Made by a program: the position numbers and the translations under genes. The notes under the pieces are model-generated. The model had not been told where the DNA came from. It ran no database searches and worked only from the letters and a program-made list of their open reading frames with translations. Shown here one piece after another: positions 60,401 to 64,000 of a stretch of 64,000 nucleotides of DNA. The stretch spans positions 156,116,001-156,180,000 of the forward strand of contig OZ360221.1 in assembly GCA_977017645.1 (NCBI GenBank), given 5' to 3'. Within the stretch, counting starts at the first letter, position 1, and each line of letters opens with the position of its first letter. Origin of the DNA: Torpedo marmorata (Eukaryota).

Positions 60401-62556
60401 ATTTCAGTGTTTCTTAATGAGACATCTGCAAAATATTTTTTTAAGATGCATTTCTGGGAAACAACTACAGAGTACAATATGTACAATAATAACATTAGAA
60501 CATGGATTTTCATGAAAATTCTTTTAGCCTGCATCTTAATAAATATATTATTCTTATTCATCGAAATGTGATAGTTCTACAGCATGGAAACGGACCCTTC
60601 GACCAAACATGTCCATACTGAGCAAGCTAATTTCATTTGCTTGCATTTGGCCTTTCTCCTTCTAAACCTTTCCTATCCAAGTACTGTCTAAATTTCAGAT
60701 TTATTGTCAGAGTACATACATGACATCACATACAACCCTGAGATTCTTTTTTCTGCTTTTGAACATTACAATTGTTCCTGCCTCTACCACTTTCTCTAGC
60801 AGCTTGTTCTATCAGCCCTCTGTCAGAAGAAGGTCCCTCTCAGGTCCCTTGTAAGATTTTTCCCCTCTCACCTTAAACCTATGCCCTTTAATTGTAGATT
60901 GCCCTATCTATGCCCCTCATGATTTTACGAACCTCTATAACGTCCCATTTCTATGTTGCAGGGAGAAAAGCCTCAGTCTATCCAGCCTCTCCGTATAACT
61001 CGCGACTAGTCCTGGGAACATGCTTGTGAATCTTTTCTGCACCTTTTTCAAATTAATTACATTTTTCCTATAGCTGTGTTACCAAAGCTGCACACCACAC
61101 AATACTTCAAGTTTCGTCTCACCAATATCTTGTATAGTTGTAACATGATGTCACAGCTTCTCAATGCCCTGACCAATGAAGGCAAGTGTGCCAAATGCCT
61201 TCCTTACCATCCTGTCTACCTGCAATGCCACCTTCATGGAACCACCCACCTACACCACAAAGTCTTTTTTTATTTTATAACACACTCCATTCATTATACA
61301 AGTCTTGCCCTGGTTTAATCTAGGAAAGTACAACATTTTGCACTTGTCAGAGTTAAATTACATCTGCCATTTCTTGGCCCACTTTCGCAGTTCATCTAGA
61401 TCCTGTTGTAATCACCTTCACTGTCCACTATACCACCAATTTTAGTGTCATCCACAAACTGACTAAACTTGCTAACTACATTGTCATCCAAGTCATTAAA
61501 TATCAATAACAAACAACAGTGGACCCAGCACAGATCCCTGTGGCACACAGGAGTCCAAGTGAGTAATAACCCTCTAAAGGCATCACAGGCATCCAATCTG
61601 AGTAACAAGCCTCTACTGCCTCCTCTGTCTCTTACCATCAAGTCACTTTGGTATCCAATTGGTCTGCTCATCCTGGATCCACTATGATTTGGCCTTCTGG
61701 ACCAACCTACCATGTGGAACCTTGTCAAAGGCCTCGCTGAAGTCTATCTATACAACATCTACTGCCCTGCCCTCATCAATCTTCTTGGTCACCTCCTCAC
61801 GAAACTCAATCTTTCGTGCGACACTAGTTCCCATACACAAAGCCATGCTGACTAACTAATCAGTCTGTGCCCTTCCAAAGGAGATCCTGTCACTCCGAAT
61901 CACCTCCTGTAACTTACCCATGAACGATGTTAAGCTCACCAGCCTGTAATTCCCTGACTTGTCCTTTACAGCCAACATTAGCCACCTTGCAGTCTTCTCT
62001 CACCACACCCATGCTGAACAATAATGTAAGTATCTCTGCCAAGGCTCCTCCAATTTTTTCCCCTAGATTCCCATAATGTTGCAGTATACTCTTGATTGAC
62101 ATGGACTCTCTTCAAGTCACCACTAGTTGTTTGAGTTCCTTGGTCTCCATGTCTTTCTATATGGTAAATGCAAATGAGAAATCTTCATTTCGGACCTTGC
62201 CCTTTTCATGTGACTCAATACATAAACAACCTTGTTGATCATTATGGAGCCTATTCTTTTGCCTTTAATATACTGGTAGAATCTCTTGTTTGTTACATAA
62301 ATGTGATTACACGTTATTTCACATTAAGTTTTATTTGTAGTGATATACAGTATAACCAGTTTTCAGTGAACTGTGTATATTTTAATCTTTCAGGGGTATT
62401 TCTGACTCACACATTTTGTTCTATTGCAGGTTGAACTCTATGCTGTGATCACAGGCCATGGGAGTGATGAGAATGGCTGTGGAGAGTTTTGTGTCACTTC
62501 TCATCACTTTATAATTAATGATATATTTAATAATTCAAGGATATTTGACAATGCTG
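371..62556 (+). CDS. Partial multi-exon host gene encoding a PNGase F-like (peptide-N-glycosidase F domain) protein; 5 internal exons, 692 nt of CDS, both ends outside the window
   Basis: Exons 371-492, 15671-15839, 31839-31990, 40092-40213 and 62430-62556 are all bounded by AG/GT, and their phases match (1,2,1,0,1). Spliced product: [230 protein letters not shown]. Motifs parallel PNGase F (CDEWD, EIGRFITPY, DVTDF, ISGWG, GCAEWC). From memory it resembles the fish si:dkey-256h2.1-type gene (unverified). Confidence 0.88.
2907..5283 (-). mobile_element. Internally deleted non-autonomous BEL/Pao-type LTR retrotransposon inserted in the CR1
   Basis: Two 596-bp direct repeats (2907-3502, 4688-5283) with about 9 substitutions by eye. 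5-bp TSD GGCAT (2902-2906, 5284-5288). PPT-like TTAGGGGCCGG abuts the 3' LTR on the - strand. Internal ORF resembles BEL gag N-terminus (S-rich then coiled-coil); no pol. Confidence 0.85.
3550..4314 (-). pseudogene. Truncated gag N-terminus of the LTR element, with a SAP-like motif and one in-frame stop
   Basis: ORFs 3973..4314 and 3550..3900 share a frame and are separated by a single TAA at 3973-3975. [31 protein letters not shown] fits the SAP pattern; SVSVSN...[17 protein letters not shown]...[12 protein letters not shown] is BEL gag-like. Confidence 0.7.
6864..7114 (+). mobile_element. tRNA-derived V-SINE (HE1-like)
   Basis: tRNA-like head with B box GGTTCAAATCC; V-domain GGAGTTTG..TTCTCCCCGTGTCTGC...GTTTCCTCCCAC; CR1-like 3' end GGGCCGAAATGGCCTGTTACCGTGCTGTA. 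Confidence 0.85.
7131..8227 (+). mobile_element. 5'-truncated L1 (ORF2 C-terminus, 3' UTR, polyA) with 16-bp TSD
   Basis: Open 265-aa ORF 7144..7941 with CCHC knuckle (CFRC...HSTWFCP); AATAAA and A tail; TSD AAAAACCTGCCTTTAC at 7115-7130 and 8228-8243. Confidence 0.92.
8263..9111 (+). mobile_element. GC-rich non-coding retroposon with Rex1-like 3' end
   Basis: Starts ...CGATGGCGGCG and ends ATGACAAT..(CTTGAAT)2. The same 3' end recurs on the - strand at about 57545-57663. Inserted in the CR1 5' region. Confidence 0.65.
10040..10242 (+). mobile_element. Rex1/Babar LINE 3' UTR fragment (family B)
   Basis: Nearly identical to the 3' end of the 24200-25030 copy; ends GACAATAAA(CTTGA)3. Confidence 0.75.
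10295..10559 (+). mobile_element. L1 3' UTR fragment with polyA and 14-bp TSD
   Basis: G-rich then AT-rich UTR, AATAAA and A tail; TSD AAGAATAATTTTTC at 10281-10294 and 10560-10573. Confidence 0.75.
10813..11839 (-). mobile_element. ~1 kb GC-rich non-coding retroposon with Rex1-like tail and YY1-like 5' motif
   Basis: The - strand begins ...CCCAAGATGGCGGCGG and ends ATGACAATAAATTGAAC(ATCAAT)n. Flanked by GGATATT at 10806-10812 and 11840-11846. Confidence 0.65.
11953..12024 (-). pseudogene. tRNA-Asp(GTC) pseudogene
   Basis: Reverse complement TCTTCCTTGGTATCGTGGTTAGTATCCCCTCCTGTAATACGAGAGACCGGTGCTTAATTCCCCAATTGGTAG aligns gap-free over 72 nt to canonical vertebrate tRNA-Asp. Anticodon GTC>GTA; T-arm and acceptor stem are damaged. 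Confidence 0.85.
12035..12256 (+). mobile_element. Penelope-like (PLE) terminal-repeat fragments, one nested in another
   Basis: Motifs CTGAGTTTCTCCAGCAC and CCAGCTTCTGCA..CTCTTG are shared with the other PLE ends in the window. Confidence 0.6.
12533..13593 (+). mobile_element. 5'-truncated decayed L1, same family as 7131-8227
   Basis: ORF 12500..12802 is nearly collinear with ORF 7144..7941; it has stops, an internal deletion and the same 3' UTR. Confidence 0.88.
14180..14271 (-). mobile_element. 92-bp Penelope-like end insertion with 14-bp TSD
   Basis: TSD CTTTATATTTGGCT at 14166-14179 and 14272-14285; sequence matches the PLE end at 37256-38349. Confidence 0.72.
15671..15839 (+). CDS. 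PNGase F-like gene, internal exon B ([15 protein letters not shown]...CAHWDH...[10 protein letters not shown])
   Basis: Polypyrimidine tract plus AG at 15669-15670; donor AG|GTAAAC at 15840. 169 nt; overlaps ORF 15643..15843. Confidence 0.9.
15865..16857 (-). mobile_element. Old CR1 3' fragment interrupted by a Rex1 copy
   Basis: CR1 3' motifs CTAAGTGTGGTCTCACCAATG and TACTCAATGCCCTGACCAATGA; CR1 resumes as AGGCAAACATACC after 16824. Confidence 0.7.
16289..16824 (+). mobile_element. Rex1/Babar LINE 3' fragment (family A)
   Basis: [13 protein letters not shown]...[20 protein letters not shown]...[13 protein letters not shown]; tail GACAATAAA(TCTGAA)n. Confidence 0.85.
17221..21065 (-). mobile_element. 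Near full-length CR1 LINE with an open 632-aa RT-containing ORF
   Basis: ORF 17167..19065 ([34 protein letters not shown]). Endonuclease in 19059..19706 and 19723..20484 (YFNARS, GDFS, SDH). SGNH-like VHVGTND at about 20480. Frameshifts separate these ORFs. Confidence 0.95.
21110..21390 (+). mobile_element. CR1 3' end fragment
   Basis: [28 protein letters not shown] followed by the CR1 3' UTR GGGCTGAAGGACCTGTACTGTG. Confidence 0.8.
22120..22304 (+). mobile_element. Penelope-like insertion (inverted partial end plus end) with 12-bp TSD
   Basis: TSD GCCGCCAATCTG at 22108-22119 and 22305-22316; internal inverted arms GAAACTCAGCAAG...AGGAAGTAAAGG / CCTTTACTTCCT...AGTTTCTCC. Confidence 0.75.
23974..24197. 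mobile_element. Inverted pair of decayed Penelope-like ends
   Basis: ACTCAGCAGGTCGAGAAGCA...TTTATCAAG is inverted against CTTGATGAAG...CTGCTTCTCATCCCGCTGAGTTCCTCCAGCA. Confidence 0.55.
24200..25030 (+). mobile_element. Rex1/Babar LINE 3' fragment (family B)
   Basis: [16 protein letters not shown]...[14 protein letters not shown]; tail GATAATAAACTTGAATTTGAA. Confidence 0.85.
25700..26060 (+). mobile_element. Ancient L2-type LINE RT remnant
   Basis: [41 protein letters not shown] parallels the L2 motif LLKVTNDIL...SLLVLLDLSAAFDTVDHxILLxRLS. Confidence 0.6.
27060..29030 (+). mobile_element. Old CR1 remnant containing a young CR1 3' fragment (about 27305-28225)
   Basis: The young part is close to the reverse complement of 685-1600 ([17 protein letters not shown], tail GATTCTATGGTTCTA). 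The flanks hold degenerate CR1 RT motifs. Confidence 0.85.
29398..31751. mobile_element. Non-autonomous hAT (Charlie-like) DNA transposon, 2354 bp
   Basis: TIRs CAGGGGTGGCCAAA / TTTGGCCACCCCTG; 8-bp TSD CTCTACAT (29390-29397) / CTCTATAT (31752-31759), fitting the NTCTANAN-type preference. Confidence 0.88.
30272..31033 (-). mobile_element. Nested, internally deleted hAT (Tip100-like) with transposase N-terminal fragment
   Basis: TIRs CAGTGACGGATTAAC / GTTAATCAGCCACTG; TSD CCTCTCGT (30264-30271) / CCTCTCAT (31034-31041); ORF 30496..30729 [22 protein letters not shown] is a TTF/ZMYM1-type zinc-finger start. Confidence 0.85.
31839..31990 (+). CDS. PNGase F-like gene, internal exon C ([16 protein letters not shown]...[13 protein letters not shown])
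   Basis: Acceptor ttacAG at 31837-31838; donor CAG|GTAGGA at 31991. 152 nt; phases match both neighbours; overlaps ORF 31804..32022. Confidence 0.88.
32420..33490 (+). mobile_element. Old CR1 fragment
   Basis: [33 protein letters not shown]; CR1 3' UTR at about 33450-33490. Confidence 0.8.
34441..35580 (-). mobile_element. Rex1/Babar LINE fragment (family A) including RT core
   Basis: ORF 35160..35534 [21 protein letters not shown]...[10 protein letters not shown]; C-terminus in 34670..34918; 3' tail at about 34441. Confidence 0.9.
35679..35980 (-). mobile_element. L1 3' end fragment with 18-bp TSD, inserted in a PLE end
   Basis: PolyT then TTTATT; TSD TTTTCTATTTTGATTTCT at 35661-35678 and 35981-35998. 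Confidence 0.75.
36439..37131 (-). mobile_element. Solo LTR, 693 bp (Gypsy/ERV type)
   Basis: TGTTA...TAACA termini; 4-bp TSD CTAG (36435-36438, 37132-37135); TATAAA near 37085 and AATAAA near 36505 on the - strand. Confidence 0.8.
37256..38349 (-). mobile_element. Penelope-like end fragment interrupted by Rex1
   Basis: GTCTGCAG...ATGCTGGAGA|Rex|AACTCAGCAGG...TTTCGGGCTTGAGTCCTTCATCAAGG followed by a purine-rich tract; possible TSD ACTTAGAT (37248-37255, 38350-38357). Confidence 0.65.
37316..38003 (+). mobile_element. Rex1/Babar LINE 3' fragment (family A)
   Basis: ORF 37465..37863 ([20 protein letters not shown]); tail (TCTGAAA)n. Confidence 0.88.
38985..39610 (-). mobile_element. Rex1/Babar LINE 3' fragment (family C)
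   Basis: ORF 39146..39517 [10 protein letters not shown]...[17 protein letters not shown]; simple-repeat tail at 38985-39015. Confidence 0.8.
40092..40213 (+). CDS. PNGase F-like gene, internal exon D (YNSTLHPF...[25 protein letters not shown])
   Basis: Acceptor tcttctAG at 40090-40091; donor AAG|GTAAAG at 40214. 122 nt, open in the required phase. Confidence 0.87.
42314..43082 (+). mobile_element. Rex1/Babar LINE 3' fragment (family A)
   Basis: [17 protein letters not shown]...; tail GACAATAAATTTGAACTTTGA; CR1 sequence on both sides. Confidence 0.88.
47195..50214 (+). mobile_element. Internally deleted L1 (5' UTR, ORF1, ORF2 start and C-terminus, polyA)
   Basis: ORF1 [17 protein letters not shown]...AHR...PRSIVARL (47633..48100); ORF2 start SWNIRGM at about 49378 joined to C-terminal CNRC...HMFYQCP (49472..49903); AATAAA plus A10 at about 50190-50214. 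Confidence 0.85.
48266..48882 (-). mobile_element. Young CR1 3' fragment nested in the L1
   Basis: Near-identical to 685-1303; ORFs 48340..48573 and 48584..48844. Confidence 0.9.
51715..52729 (-). mobile_element. L1 3' fragment (different family)
   Basis: [10 protein letters not shown]...HMFWLCP...[10 protein letters not shown] (52071..52475); possible TSD ACAGTCTA (51707-51714, 52730-52737). Confidence 0.82.
53462..53662 (+). mobile_element. Penelope-like element reverse transcriptase fragment
   Basis: Translates [44 protein letters not shown]...(fs)TVDVQ, matching the PLE RT motifs RPIVS, YxxDT and MDVxSLY. Confidence 0.8.
54370..54625 (+). mobile_element. tRNA-derived V-SINE (HE1-like)
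   Basis: A box TGGTGTAGCGG, B box GGTTCAAATCC, V-domain and (TTTAAA)n tail; same family as 6864-7114. Confidence 0.9.
55390..55646 (-). mobile_element. tRNA-derived V-SINE (HE1-like)
   Basis: Reverse complement of the 54370-54625 family. Confidence 0.9.
57545..57663 (-). mobile_element. 3' fragment of the 8263-9111 retroposon family
   Basis: GGCAGACAGATTCGCCACCGGCAGAAATTGCC is the reverse complement of 9008-9039 with one mismatch; same (CTTGAAT) tail. Confidence 0.7.
58507..60058 (+). mobile_element. 5'-truncated CR1 inserted into the 3' end of an older opposite-strand CR1-type element
   Basis: [12 protein letters not shown]...[10 protein letters not shown]...EYCVQFWSP; tail (CTATTGT)2; duplication ATCATGG at 58500-58506 and 60059-60065. 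Confidence 0.88.
58737..59110. mobile_element. 374-bp composite palindromic hAT MITE, copy 1
   Basis: TIRs CAGTGGTTTTCAAACTG / CAGTTTGAAAACCACTG; perfect TSD ATTTAGAT (58729-58736, 59111-59118); splits the CR1 RT at INDLD|EG. Confidence 0.92.
60570..62270 (-). mobile_element. Old CR1 fragments with a small Rex1-A tail inserted at about 60693-60756
   Basis: [23 protein letters not shown] (61396..61728); CR1 3' UTR at 60570-60690. Confidence 0.78.
62430..62556 (+). CDS. PNGase F-like gene, internal exon E ([27 protein letters not shown]...)
   Basis: Acceptor ttgcAG at 62428-62429; donor G|GTAAGG at 62557. 127 nt; carries the ITGHG and GCGEFC motifs. Confidence 0.92.
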
Positions 62557-63619
62557 GTAAGGAACTTGGAAATTCTTGCTGTGTTCATATTTTCATTTTT
62601 TAGTAACTCCACAAATTTTACATTGAAGCCATGCAAATAGAATTGGGTTAGGGTTAGTGCATCATGTTCAAAGGTGTAGTATGAAAGAAAGCATCAATCA
62701 GATATCTTTCTATTTGAGTGAGAACTGCGAATGCATGCTCTACCAGTAGAAGGTTAGAGTTTAAAATCAGAATATAATCTGAAGCTTGGTTTAATTTAGT
62801 TTCCCTGCACTTCAGGGTTATATAACTGTTTGGAAATACCGAGAGTGAGTCTGGTCCATGTGTTATAATGGCTTCATGAATAAAGATAACCATTTGTGAT
62901 AGACATTAATTGGTTATGAGAATTTGATAATATTTTATATGAAGAATAATGAATACTAGGATTTATAGTAACACGGCTGCAATTGAATGATACTTAATAG
63001 AATATATTTGGTTGCAAAAATCCCATTTTAACAGATTTAAAAGGAGTGCTTGCATCTTTCTAACATCAATAAAGATCATGTTAAATTTTGTATGCTAATA
63101 ACATAAAAAGGTTATTTTCAATGGCACAGCACGCTGCTGTTCGACTGCTTTCATGTCAGCATGCTTCACCCAATAATATCCTCACTTCGGAGTCAGTGAC
63201 TTGTAAACTGGAGGTGTTTATATTTATTTCAGAACATACTGTAGTTTAGATCAGTATTCCATGGAGATATTGAGAATTCCTACATGTTTGGAAGTTCCAC
63301 TCTCTTATTGTTAAACTAAGACTTGTTCACTTGGATATTGTAGCCTCTGTGACATCCTTCATATGGGGATTCCTCAATTTATTCCTTGAGCCAGTTATTA
63401 AGAATAGAATTGTGTCTCACAACTGTTCATGATATTTGGCTGTGAATAAATAGCCATTTTATTTTCCTACAAAGTAGTAATTTGTACCTTCCTAAATTTG
63501 AAACATTCCAAAATTTATATCTACATTTTAGAAAGGGAAAGAATAGTCAATATCAACATTATTCTGTTAGTTTGAGCAAATTGTACATTTTAATAACTTA
63601 AGGAAAGCATGATTTAGAT

Positions 63620-63993
63620 CAGTGGTTTTCAAACTGCCCCTCTACTCACATTCCACCTTAAGCAATCTCTATGCCATAAGTGATCTGTGATTGGTAAGGG
63701 ATTACTTAAGGTGGTATGTGAGTGGGAAGGGAAGGTTGAGAACCATTGCTCTCGACCCAATTGTTACTGAAATATTTTGCTTGAGGAAAATTGTCATTGG
63801 CCCATTTCCTTTGGAGTTGTGAAACCGTGCACATAACGAGTCAATTAGGTACAATTAAAACAGTGGTTTTCAAACCTTTTTCTTTCCACTCACATACCAC
63901 CTTAACCAATCCCTTACTAATCATAGAGCACTTATGGCATAGGGATTGCTTAAGGTAGATTGTGAGTTTAGGGGGGCAGTTTGAAAACCACTG
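63620..63993. mobile_element. 374-bp composite palindromic hAT MITE, copy 2 (opposite orientation)
   Basis: Same TIRs; TSD ATTTAGAT (63612-63619) and ATTTAGA (63994-64000, cut by the window end); spacer is the reverse complement of the copy 1 spacer. Confidence 0.92.
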
Positions 63994-64000
63994 ATTTAGA

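Noticed and set aside
1-64000. CRISPR arrays, operons or other prokaryotic systems; bacterial contamination as the source of the PNGase F-like sequence
   Set aside because: No repeat-spacer array is present. The gene is split by long spliceosomal introns full of vertebrate transposons, so it is a genuine nuclear gene.

Overview
AT-rich eukaryotic genomic DNA. The repeat repertoire (HE1/V-SINE-like SINEs, CR1/HER1-like, Rex1/Babar, Tx1, L1 and Penelope-like ends) suggests a cartilaginous fish; this is inference. The whole window lies inside one + strand host gene. Five GT-AG exons (371-492, 15671-15839, 31839-31990, 40092-40213, 62430-62556) splice in phase into about 230 aa carrying PNGase F-family (peptide:N-glycanase F) motifs: [32 protein letters not shown] and GCGEFC. 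The gene's start and end lie outside the window, and the ORF track catches only exons 2 and 3. The 8-22 kb introns are filled with nested transposons: CR1 LINEs, an internally deleted BEL/Pao LTR element with a SAP-like motif, a solo LTR, L1, Tx1, Rex1 and L2 pieces, V-SINEs, Penelope-like end fragments (one co-inserted with a tRNA-Asp copy), a hAT nested in a hAT, and two copies of a composite double-MITE hAT unit. All family assignments come from motif recognition by eye; no database search was run.
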